From an uncultured Bacilli bacterium (lineage in GTDB: Bacteria; Bacillota_I; Bacilli_A; RF39; UBA660), in NCBI GenBank assembly GCA_910578745.1, contig CAJTSN010000007.1:2855-36428 (forward strand): a stretch of 33,574 nucleotides of DNA, read 5' to 3'. The first letter of the stretch is position 1. Every line of letters begins with the position of its first letter. The notes beneath the pieces are model-generated. The model did no database searches. It saw only the letters and a list, made by a program, of their open reading frames with translations, and was not told where the DNA came from. The translations under genes were made by a program, and so were the position numbers. Shown in pieces: positions 16,878 to 25,147 of this stretch.

Positions 16878-18389
16878 ATGAAAGAGAAAAATCCATTTGA
16901 ACCTTACATTAAAGAAAAAAGTGAGGATAAAATAGAGGATACGAATAGCTTTTTATTAAATGAAGAGATGTTTTTAGATCGTAGTTTTTCTACTTTTTCA
17001 CAAACACAAGAAAAAAAACAGGAAGAAATACTTTCTTATGTGGAAATGCCTATTTTAGATACAGAAGGAAAGACAGAGATTATTGAAATACCGGAGGAAA
17101 AAAAAGAAAAAAGAAAGGGTGCGAACTTAATCATCTTATCTTTACTCTTTCTTCCTTCTCTTTTTGTACTTATTTTGATAGGACTTCATAGTAATACTTT
17201 AATCAGTAAATCTTTTTTATCCATTTTATATGTTCTTTTTTTCTTATTTATGCTCTTATTTATTGGTGGAATCGTCTTACATGCAAAGAAAGAAAATAAA
17301 CTTCCAGCTAAAAGTAAAGTTTTTAAAATTCTTTTTTCGATATTTATGTTTTTCTATATTGTGGGTTGTGGAACTTTTTCCTTTATTATGTATGGTCCAA
17401 ATAAAGGATTTCGAGATTGGTTAATTCCAACAGCAATGACGACTATGACACACCAGTATTTTGCTACATGGTTTTATGATAGTGAAACGATTGAAAGTGT
17501 TTTAGATCAAAATACGATTATTGAAAGTGGTGAAGATACAGATTTAAACTTAATCAGTGTAGGAAATCTAGACTTTGATGCAACTACATATGCCAATGAA
17601 TATGAAAAAGAAATTTTAACGAAAGATAAGGGAAATGATATTTATAAAGTCATTGACATTGAAGGAAGTGGGTATAAGGGACATATGGTTGTTGTATATG
17701 ACCCAGCAAGAATAAAAGTCGCTACGACAAAATACTTAAATGTAAAAGGGCAATATGTAACCGATATGGCTGCGGATAATAAGGCATTACTCGCTATTAA
17801 TGGTGGTGGATTTATTGATCCAAATTATAGTAGTAACGGAGGAACTCCACAAGGAATTGTTATTCAAAATGGAAAAGTTGTCTCTGACAGACCTTATTCA
17901 AAATCTGGAGGATTAATTGGTTTTACAAAAGAGAATAAGTTAATATTAGGAAAAATGACCTCTAAGGAGGCTTTAGCAAAAGGAGTACGAGATTCCGTTA
18001 CATTTGGACCATTCTTAATTGTGAATGGACAAAAATCATTCATAAAAGGAAATGGCGGTTGGGGAACAGCTCCAAGAACTGCGATTGGACAAAGAAAAGA
18101 TGGAATTGTTTTGTTATTAGTAATTGATGGTAGAAAATTAAAATACCCGGGAGCAGATATGGTCGATTTAACAGAGATTATGGAAAAATATGGAGCTTAT
18201 AATGCTGCGAACTTAGATGGAGGAACTTCAAGTGTCATGGTATTCCCTGAAGAAAAAGCAAAGCAATTTTTAACAACAAAAGAACTCCAAAGTCATTGTA
18301 CAAATAAATATTGTTATATCAATGATCCGATAGATGGTGGAGGTTCTCATGAAACAAGATGGGTCGCTTCATCGATTATTGTGAAATAG
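16878..18389 (+). CDS. Phosphodiester glycosidase family protein (DUF2233/NAGPA-like) with a multi-TM N-terminal region
   Basis: LAINGGGF...GTPQGIVIQNGKVV...PRTAIGQRKDG..LLLVIDGR...NLDGGTSS motif series. ATG 16878 follows AGAGGTGA. Confidence 0.7.
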   Translation: MKEKNPFEPYIKEKSEDKIEDTNSFLLNEEMFLDRSFSTFSQTQEKKQEEILSYVEMPILDTEGKTEIIEIPEEKKEKRKGANLIILSLLFLPSLFVLILIGLHSNTLISKSFLSILYVLFFLFMLLFIGGIVLHAKKENKLPAKSKVFKILFSIFMFFYIVGCGTFSFIMYGPNKGFRDWLIPTAMTTMTHQYFATWFYDSETIESVLDQNTIIESGEDTDLNLISVGNLDFDATTYANEYEKEILTKDKGNDIYKVIDIEGSGYKGHMVVVYDPARIKVATTKYLNVKGQYVTDMAADNKALLAINGGGFIDPNYSSNGGTPQGIVIQNGKVVSDRPYSKSGGLIGFTKENKLILGKMTSKEALAKGVRDSVTFGPFLIVNGQKSFIKGNGGWGTAPRTAIGQRKDGIVLLLVIDGRKLKYPGADMVDLTEIMEKYGAYNAANLDGGTSSVMVFPEEKAKQFLTTKELQSHCTNKYCYINDPIDGGGSHETRWVASSIIVK

Positions 18390-18459
18390 CATAAATAATT
18401 TATGAAGATGAAATTGGTTAAAGAGATTTGACATTTTGTATCGCTTTTAGGAGGCACGA

Positions 18460-19206
18460 ATGAAAAGAAAATATATTATAGTAGGAATTGTATTTCTCAC
18501 TTTAGTAGGATTAGCTATGTTTCTGTTCATGAAATTTAGGCAACCCAAAAAAGAATATTTATACAAAATGGTATACCATGATGATGCAATTCCAGGTACA
18601 CAATATGATATATATATTAGCGAAGAATACAATATATATGTAGAAGAACAGCCTCTTTGTAGTACTACGGATTGTATGAATGGAGCCTTGCCTAAGAAGG
18701 AGAAGTATACTCCAAATTTTTCCGCCGAAAATAAGGAAAATGTAAAAAGATTTATTCAAGAGTATTTTTCAAAAATAGAGGAAAAAGAAGTGGAACTTTA
18801 TCCAAGAAACTTATCAGAAAAAGAACAGAGTATGATCATGGCGATTCTTACTGGTAATCAAATCTATTTTGATGCTATAGATGAACGGAAACTATTTGAA
18901 ATTTCTTCTAATCGTCTTGACTGTGAGACAGTCACATTGCTTGTTTATAGTGATAATCGTTATAAATACATTTATGGATATGATAGTACGACAGAAGAAT
19001 GGAAGTTTAAACAAGGAACATATGCGTATTCAATGGATAAGTTCATGCAATCTTTAAAAGAACCAGCTATTCCTGATCATTTAGGCCCATATTATCTATG
19101 GGATAAAGAAGGAAAAAGGTATACCTTATACGATACAAACAAGGAATTTAAATCCTTCTTAGAATCAATCCATCTTGATTTAGATGTCTGTATGGAAAAC
19201 AGATAG
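18460..19206 (+). CDS. Membrane-anchored hypothetical protein
   Basis: Strong SD AGGAGG, N-terminal TM anchor (IIVGIVFLTLVGLAMFLF). No recognisable motifs. Confidence 0.45.
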   Translation: MKRKYIIVGIVFLTLVGLAMFLFMKFRQPKKEYLYKMVYHDDAIPGTQYDIYISEEYNIYVEEQPLCSTTDCMNGALPKKEKYTPNFSAENKENVKRFIQEYFSKIEEKEVELYPRNLSEKEQSMIMAILTGNQIYFDAIDERKLFEISSNRLDCETVTLLVYSDNRYKYIYGYDSTTEEWKFKQGTYAYSMDKFMQSLKEPAIPDHLGPYYLWDKEGKRYTLYDTNKEFKSFLESIHLDLDVCMENR

Positions 19207-19210
19207 GAGT

Positions 19211-19237
19211 AAAAACTGTGTTGTACAGTTTTTTTAT
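19211..19237 (+). terminator. Intrinsic terminator
   Basis: AAAACTGT (19212-19219), loop gttgt, ACAGTTTT (19225-19232), followed by a T-run. Confidence 0.7.
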
Positions 19238-19433
19238 TGCATAAATTTGAATTGTTTTTTTAGAAGTTTTTTTATTTATTGCTACCTTATATGTGTAGAC
19301 ATCAAATTAGAAAAACAAGTATGTGGTTAAAAATAAAAGAATTGATTCTTTCTTTTAATGGTGTTATGAAAGCATTGTTTTTGTCGATAGAATTTATTTC
19401 TACTTATAAACTCCCTTAATATATTTAAAGTAT

Positions 19434-19497
19434 AAGAGAGAAAATCTAGTAAAGGGGAAAATCTATATAAGAACGTAAAAAATACAAATTCTCTCTT
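19434..19497 (+). repeat. 9-bp perfect inverted repeat enclosing a 9-bp direct repeat, in the leader of the P-type ATPase gene
   Basis: AAGAGAGAA (19434-19442) and TTCTCTCTT (19489-19497). GAAAATCTA occurs at 19440-19448 and again at 19457-19465. Confidence 0.4.
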
Positions 19498-19528
19498 GTA
19501 ACAGTTTTTATATAGTGTAAGGAGAAAT

Positions 19529-22147
19529 ATGAATAAAAACACATTACAATTTGGACTAACAGATGAAGAAGTAGAGAAAAGTCGCAAAGAAAACGGAACG
19601 AATGAGATTACGGAAGCAAAAGGGACTACTTTTTTAAGTAAATTTTTAGAAAGTTTAGGAGATCCTATTATTCGTATTTTATTGATTGCTTTAGGCATCA
19701 AAATCCTTTTTCTTATGCAAGATTTTGATTGGTATGAAACGGTTGGAATTGTGATTGCTATTTTTGTTGCTTCTTTTATATCAACGATTTCTGAGTATGG
19801 AAGCGAAAAATCTTTTGTTAAATTGCAAAAAGAAGCCGCTAAAATAAAATGCAGAGTAAAAAGAAATGGAAAAGTAGAAGAAATAAAAGTAGAAGAGGTT
19901 GTCGTTGGAGATATTGTCTTATTATCAGCTGGAGATAAAATACCAGCAGATGGCATTTTGGTAAAAGGGAATCTTAGTGTAGATGAATCTTCTTTAAATG
20001 GGGAAGCACGAGAAATTTATAAAGAACCACAGACAAATCTTTTAGAAGATAAAAATAAACTATATCGTGGAACCGTTGTTTACTCTAAAGAAGGTATGAT
20101 GATTGTAACTAGTGTAGGAAGTAGTACAATGTATGGAAAGCTTGCTTTAGAGCTTTCAGAAAAAACAGGGGATAGTCCATTAAAATTAAGACTGGCTGGG
20201 TTAGCTAAAACGATTAGTAAAATTGGATATGTAGGAGCATTTTTAGTTTCCTTTTCTTATCTTTTTTCAACGATAGTCATTCAAAATCAATTTGAATTTT
20301 CTAAAATCGCTGAATGTGTGACTGATTTTAGATTTATGCTTGGACATATTCTCTATGCATTAACGCTTTGTGTAACGGTTATTGTCGTTGCAGTCCCTGA
20401 AGGACTTCCTATGATGATCACCTTAGTTCTTTCATCAAATATGAAGAGAATGCTTAAAAATAATGTATTGGTGCGAAAACTAGTGGGCATTGAAACTGCA
20501 GGAAGTTTAAACATTCTATATACAGATAAAACAGGTACACTTACCAAAGGAAAATTAGAAGTCGTAGGCTACGTGTCTCCTTCTTTAAAAGAGTTTTACA
20601 CAGAAGTAGAAGTAAAAAAATATTCAAAAATGTATGAAAACTTAAAAAATAGTCTTTTATATAATAATGAATGTGTATTTTCAGATGGAAAATATATTGG
20701 AGGCAATATTACGGATAAAGCATTACTTCAGTTTTTAACGACAGACAAAACACTGAAATATCAAAAAATAAAAGAAACACCTTTTGATAGTAAAAATAAA
20801 TATTCTTATACAGTGGCTGACATTTTAGGAAAAAAGAAGTATATTAAGGGGGCACCTGAGAAAATTATTGATGCTGCAACAGAATGTTATGATGATTTTG
20901 GAATGAAACATATTTTTAAGGATAAAGAGAAAATAAAAAAGCAGGTTGAAAATTATACAAAAAAAGGAATCCGTGTTTTAGCGCTCGCGATCGATGAAAA
21001 CCATACATTATCAAATGGAATTACTGGCTCTTGCTTTCTAGGTCTTATTTTGATTAAGGATGAGGTTCGAAAAGAAGCGATTACAGGGGTTGATTTAGTC
21101 AAAGATGCACATATTCAAGTGGTCATGATTACAGGAGATAATAAAGAGACTGCTGTTTCTATTGCGAGGGAAACCCATATTATAGAATCGGATCATGATT
21201 TAGTTTTAACGAGTGAAGAATTGAATAAAATGACAGATGAAGAGGTAAAGAAATGTATTCCTAATTTAAGGGTCTTAGCTCGAGCTCTTCCTTTAGATAA
21301 AAGTAGACTTGTTAAATTATCAAAGGAAATGGATTTAGTAGTAGGAATGACAGGAGATGGGGTAAACGATGCACCAGCTCTAAAAAAGGCGGATGTTGGG
21401 TTTGCGATGGGAAGTGGAACGGAAGTTTCTAAAGAAGCAAGTGATATTGTTATATTAGATGATAATTTCTTATCGATTGCAAAAGCGATTTTATTTGGAA
21501 GAACTATATTTAAAAGTATTCGTAAATTCATTATTGTCCAATTAAGTATTAACTTTTGTGCTTTAAGTTTATCAATCATAGGACCATTTATTGGAATTGA
21601 TACACCAGTAACTGTAGTACAAATGCTTTGGATTAATATGGTGATGGATACACTCGCTGGACTTGCCTTTGCCTTTGAGCCTCCTATGTTAGAATACATG
21701 AAGGAACATCCTAAGAAGAAGACAGAATCTATTATTAATAAATACATGCTTAGCTCTATTTTATGGACAAGTATTTATAGCGCTATTTTATGTTTCTTCT
21801 TCTTGAAAGCACCAATTTTAAGAACGATTTATCAAAGTGAAGAACGATTGATGACCGCTTTCTTTGGACTATTCATTTTTATTGATGTGTTTAATAGTTT
21901 TAATGCTAGAACAAGTCGAATCAATATAACAGCAGGAATATTAAAAAATAAAGTTTTTTTAGGAATTATTGGTTTTATCGCTTTTGTTCAAATTTTACTT
22001 ATTTATTTTGGAGGTTCTGTATTTAGGACGACTGGACTTACTTTCTTTGAACTTCAATTTATGCTTCTTCTAGCACTTACCGTTATTCCTGCAGATTGGC
22101 TTAGAAAATATGTATATAAAAAATTCTATGGACAAGTAGGTGTTTAA
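19529..22147 (+). CDS. Calcium-type (P2) cation-translocating P-type ATPase
   Basis: N-terminal GLTDEEVEKSRKENGTNE, PADG, PEGLP, DKTGTLT, TGDN and GDGVNDAPALKKADVG motifs, 872 aa. Confidence 0.88.
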   Translation: MNKNTLQFGLTDEEVEKSRKENGTNEITEAKGTTFLSKFLESLGDPIIRILLIALGIKILFLMQDFDWYETVGIVIAIFVASFISTISEYGSEKSFVKLQKEAAKIKCRVKRNGKVEEIKVEEVVVGDIVLLSAGDKIPADGILVKGNLSVDESSLNGEAREIYKEPQTNLLEDKNKLYRGTVVYSKEGMMIVTSVGSSTMYGKLALELSEKTGDSPLKLRLAGLAKTISKIGYVGAFLVSFSYLFSTIVIQNQFEFSKIAECVTDFRFMLGHILYALTLCVTVIVVAVPEGLPMMITLVLSSNMKRMLKNNVLVRKLVGIETAGSLNILYTDKTGTLTKGKLEVVGYVSPSLKEFYTEVEVKKYSKMYENLKNSLLYNNECVFSDGKYIGGNITDKALLQFLTTDKTLKYQKIKETPFDSKNKYSYTVADILGKKKYIKGAPEKIIDAATECYDDFGMKHIFKDKEKIKKQVENYTKKGIRVLALAIDENHTLSNGITGSCFLGLILIKDEVRKEAITGVDLVKDAHIQVVMITGDNKETAVSIARETHIIESDHDLVLTSEELNKMTDEEVKKCIPNLRVLARALPLDKSRLVKLSKEMDLVVGMTGDGVNDAPALKKADVGFAMGSGTEVSKEASDIVILDDNFLSIAKAILFGRTIFKSIRKFIIVQLSINFCALSLSIIGPFIGIDTPVTVVQMLWINMVMDTLAGLAFAFEPPMLEYMKEHPKKKTESIINKYMLSSILWTSIYSAILCFFFLKAPILRTIYQSEERLMTAFFGLFIFIDVFNSFNARTSRINITAGILKNKVFLGIIGFIAFVQILLIYFGGSVFRTTGLTFFELQFMLLLALTVIPADWLRKYVYKKFYGQVGV

Positions 22148-22233
22148 TAGAAAAATATATTGTTTGTCTTTTGTCAATAATCTTTCAAAAAAGATAACCA
22201 GTGAGAACATGACTTACTATGTGTCGGTAGAAC

Positions 22234-22262
22234 TTGCAATTTTCTACTAAAAGAATTATAAT
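22234..22262 (+). promoter_or_regulatory. Candidate sigma-A promoter of the AbiEi-like gene
   Basis: TTGCAA (22234-22239), a 17-nt spacer, then TATAAT (22257-22262). Confidence 0.5.
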
Positions 22263-22279
22263 GATTTAGGGGTGGAATT

Positions 22280-22828
22280 ATGATTTATATGCATAGTGAT
22301 TTTATAAAGCGTGGTTATAAGGATTATCATGTAAAAAGATTGATGAAAGAGGGAAAACTTTATTTCATTGAAAAAGGTGTATATTCCACAAAAAAAGAGA
22401 TTAACTATTTTGAGTATATTGTAAAAAAACATCCCAATGCAATCATTGATTTATGGACAGCGTGTTATTGTTATGGTTTTTTAAAGGAAAATAAAATGCC
22501 CTATGTGATTGCTACAAAACAAAAAGATAGAAAAATAAAAAAAGAAAATTTAAAACAAATATTTATGAGTGATGACTTATATAATCTTGGTATAAATATA
22601 TTAAAGTTTGAAGGAGTCAAAATAAAAACCTTCGATATAGAACGTTTACTTATAGAAGTGGTTCGTAATAAGACAAATATTGATTATGAAGTATATGAAG
22701 AGATTATACAAAGTTATAGAAAATTAAAAAATCTACTCAATAAGAGAAAACTTCAATCTTATCTACCCTTCTTTAAGGACAAGAGAATTGTAAATCGAAT
22801 CGCCACCGAAGTTTTTGATGAAAAATAG
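22280..22828 (+). CDS. AbiEi-family (type IV toxin-antitoxin antitoxin-like) wHTH protein, with no adjacent AbiEii
   Basis: The N-terminal L..EGKLYFIEKGVYS pattern, the central AIIDLWTACYCYGF... segment and FDIERLLIEVVRN resemble the AbiEi pattern (l..G.l.ri.rGvY / sAl..hgl / ERTl.D). Assigned from memory of the family, not from a search. Confidence 0.5.
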   Translation: MIYMHSDFIKRGYKDYHVKRLMKEGKLYFIEKGVYSTKKEINYFEYIVKKHPNAIIDLWTACYCYGFLKENKMPYVIATKQKDRKIKKENLKQIFMSDDLYNLGINILKFEGVKIKTFDIERLLIEVVRNKTNIDYEVYEEIIQSYRKLKNLLNKRKLQSYLPFFKDKRIVNRIATEVFDEK

Positions 22829-22862
22829 TCCTTTGAACAAAAATTTGCTAATAGTAAAATAA

Positions 22863-22888
22863 AAAAGAGCTTTAAATTGCTCTTTTTC
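22863..22888 (+). terminator. Intrinsic terminator after the AbiEi-like gene
   Basis: AAGAGC, loop tttaaatt, GCTCTT, followed by TTTCGTTTT. Confidence 0.65.
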
Positions 22889-22899
22889 GTTTTAATTTA

Positions 22900-22928
22900 T
22901 TGCAAATAATGTCGAATCATGCTATCAT
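22900..22928 (+). promoter_or_regulatory. Candidate sigma-A promoter of the response-regulator/kinase operon
   Basis: TTGCAA (22900-22905), a 17-nt spacer, then TATCAT (22923-22928). Confidence 0.55.
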
Positions 22929-22957
22929 AAAAAAGTAAAATAGGGGAGGATAGAGTG

Positions 22958-23671
22958 ATGTTCATTTTATATGATGATCATGATTTGTTCATGGAAAAAA
23001 GTAAAAGTATTATCGATTCCATTGGTAATATGATGGGAGGAACGAGTATAAAATGTTTCTCTAAATTTGATGAAGATTTTGAACAAGTCATTCAAGACAA
23101 AAGCTGTAAAAAGATTTATGTTTTAGATATTGAAGTTCCGGGAAGTATTTCAGGGATTGAAGTAGCCAAGAAAATAAGAAAATTCGATTGGGATAGCATC
23201 ATTATAATGGTAACTTCTCATACAGAATTAGGGTATGAAGCTTTAAAGGCTCAAATTATGCTATTAGATTTTATTTCTAAACATAGTGATTGGGAAAATA
23301 ATCTGCGTAGTGCTTTAACAAAGGCAGTATCTTTGTTAGATAATAAGAATGTAATTATTTTAGATTCGAATGGGTTAACGTATCGAATACATACAACAGA
23401 TATTGTCTATATACTCAAAGATTCTAAAGAGAGAAAATGTACGATTAGGACACTAAATGATAAAATTATGGTATCTAAAAGTATCACAGATTTAGGAAAA
23501 AGGTTAGATAGGAGGTTTTTTCAATCACATAGAAGTTGTTATGTAAATATAGAGCAAATATCTACAGTAGATTGGAGAAATAGTGTCATACATTTTAGGA
23601 CAGGAGATACAGTAGATTATCTAGCTCGTGATAAGAAGAAGGAGTTAAGGATCCTAACACCAGTATGTTAG
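22958..23671 (+). CDS. LytTR-family response regulator (AgrA-like)
   Basis: Receiver domain (YDDHD acidic pocket, VLDIEVPG phospho-Asp context, MVTSH). C-terminal LytTR domain (IVYILKDSKERKCTIRT...RFFQSHRSCYVNIEQI). GGAGG lies 8 nt upstream of ATG 22958. Confidence 0.85.
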   Translation: MFILYDDHDLFMEKSKSIIDSIGNMMGGTSIKCFSKFDEDFEQVIQDKSCKKIYVLDIEVPGSISGIEVAKKIRKFDWDSIIIMVTSHTELGYEALKAQIMLLDFISKHSDWENNLRSALTKAVSLLDNKNVIILDSNGLTYRIHTTDIVYILKDSKERKCTIRTLNDKIMVSKSITDLGKRLDRRFFQSHRSCYVNIEQISTVDWRNSVIHFRTGDTVDYLARDKKKELRILTPVC

Positions 23672-24972
23672 AAATAAGTAGTACGTTTTTATCATTTATG
23701 ATAACTTATGTGGTAGATTGTGTTTTATTTAAGAAATTGACTGATTCGAAGAGGAAGCTAATCACAATAAAAAATATAGTATTTCTAGTAATAATGAGCA
23801 TGATTTCATGTTTCATTGATGTAAATTATGGAGACTTTCCTAAGTTGATATTTTGTAATATACAGATATGTATATTATATAAATTAGTATTTGATATGTC
23901 TATGTTAAAATCAATACTGTTTACAATAGCAATAGTAATAGTATCAAATATAGCAGAGTATATATTTGTACTGATTTTTATTATAGGTATGAAAATAGAT
24001 ACTTCATATTTCACAAGTAATATAGCTGGATACTGGATTGTTAATTTAAGTGTTACCCTTTTATATTATCTTTTGCTTATAATGAAACCAGTTAGATGGC
24101 TTGTTCAAAAGAGTCTTAATTTTTTTAGTGAAAGTTATAAGATAGAAACAGTAATATTATTATTATTGTCAATGTTTTTAATAGCGGGTCTTACTTATCC
24201 AATAATAATGACATCATCTGTTAGAGAAAAAATCACATATAGTTTAGTTTTTATAGCATTTGTATATTTTATAGGAAATTTCTTTTATCAACGTTCAAAG
24301 AATGGGGAGCTGAAAAAAGCGTATGATTATTTATTAGAATATGTAAAAGAGTATGAAAAAGCATTAGATGAAAAGAGTAAAGCACAACATGAATACAAAA
24401 ATCAATTATCTGTTATAAGAGGAATGGCAAATAAGAATAATAAAAAGTTACACAAATATATAGATGATATGTTAGAAATAGAAGAGAATAAGGAAAGTCG
24501 AATCTTAAACAACTTAAAGCCACTACCAACAGGAGGATTAAAGGGATTAATTTATTATAAGACAGCCAGTATGATAAAGAAGAGTATGGAAGTACATGTG
24601 AATGTAGATAGTACATTAGAAAATGAGGAGTATTGGAATTTATGCGAGAAGAATCTACATAGTATTAGTACAATAGTGGGAGTTTATTTAGATAATGCAA
24701 TAGAAGCCGCAGAAAATGCAGAGAAGAAGTTTGTAATTATAGATATAGATGTAGAGGAAGGAAATATCATATTTAGTTTTTCAAATACATATGAAGGACA
24801 TATAGAAGTAGGGAAGATGGATAAGCAAGGGTATTCAACAAAGGGAAAAAAGAGGGGGTATGGATTATCACTTGTACAGGATATTTTAAACAAGAATACA
24901 TATTTATCGCAGGAGAGAGAAATGAATGGTATATTTTATGTACAAAAACTAATTATCCAAAATAAAAAGTAG
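23665..24972 (+). CDS. AgrC-like (HPK10) GHKL sensor histidine kinase
   Basis: Polytopic N-terminal sensor of about six TM helices, H-box AQHEYKNQLSVIRGM, N-box YLDNAIEAAENA, and G-box KGKKRGYGLSLV. 7-nt overlap with the regulator gene. Confidence 0.8.
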   Translation: MLEISSTFLSFMITYVVDCVLFKKLTDSKRKLITIKNIVFLVIMSMISCFIDVNYGDFPKLIFCNIQICILYKLVFDMSMLKSILFTIAIVIVSNIAEYIFVLIFIIGMKIDTSYFTSNIAGYWIVNLSVTLLYYLLLIMKPVRWLVQKSLNFFSESYKIETVILLLLSMFLIAGLTYPIIMTSSVREKITYSLVFIAFVYFIGNFFYQRSKNGELKKAYDYLLEYVKEYEKALDEKSKAQHEYKNQLSVIRGMANKNNKKLHKYIDDMLEIEENKESRILNNLKPLPTGGLKGLIYYKTASMIKKSMEVHVNVDSTLENEEYWNLCEKNLHSISTIVGVYLDNAIEAAENAEKKFVIIDIDVEEGNIIFSFSNTYEGHIEVGKMDKQGYSTKGKKRGYGLSLVQDILNKNTYLSQEREMNGIFYVQKLIIQNKK

Positions 24973-24989
24973 AGTTTGATCTACTTTTT
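24964..24989. terminator. Shared bidirectional terminator between the kinase gene and agrD
   Basis: AAAAAGTAGA (24964-24973), loop gtttga, TCTACTTTTT (24980-24989). The core stem is GTAGA/TCTAC, flanked by an A5 and a T5 run. The two stop codons (TAG 24970-24972 and CTA 24981-24983) pair with each other. Confidence 0.5.
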
Positions 24990-25103
24990 CTCAATTAAAC
25001 TTGCAGGCATTTCTGGTTCATCTAGCCATCCATGATTACAAGATGAATCCCCGCTTGCTCCAAATGTAGAAATCATAAGTAAAGTTTTTGCGATAAATGA
25101 CAT
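24981..25103 (-). CDS. agrD: AgrD-like cyclic (thio)lactone autoinducing-peptide precursor, 40 aa (not in the ORF track)
   Basis: My translation of the minus strand is MSFIAKTLLMISTFGASGDSSCNHGWLDEPEMPASLIEKK. SD AGGAGGG (25110-25116) lies 6 nt before the ATG. The gene starts 44 nt downstream of agrB. It has a hydrophobic leader, a single Cys and an acidic DEPEMP tail, which is the AgrD layout. Confidence 0.75.
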   Translation of the reverse strand: MSFIAKTLLMISTFGASGDSSCNHGWLDEPEMPASLIEKK

Positions 25104-25147
25104 TTTTTTCCCTCCTATTCTTTTTTACATTATAGATGGTGATTAAA

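Noticed and set aside
17230-17424. 64-aa plus-strand ORF nested out of frame inside the phosphodiester glycosidase gene
   Set aside because: It is an alternative frame of the TM-rich region, has no SD and has no independent support.
19237-19528. M-box (Mg) or other known riboswitch upstream of the P-type ATPase
   Set aside because: I recognised no conserved core of a known riboswitch. It is reported only as an unexplained repeat-bearing leader.
19327-21747. Minus-strand ORFs 19327..19956, 20353..20547 and 21193..21747
   Set aside because: They are antisense to, or overlapping, the well-supported P-type ATPase gene and its leader, and their composition is that of shadow ORFs.
23826-24893. 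Short minus-strand ORFs inside the kinase gene (23826..24014, 24413..24616, 24684..24893)
   Set aside because: They are antisense shadow ORFs in a very AT-rich gene and have no SD.
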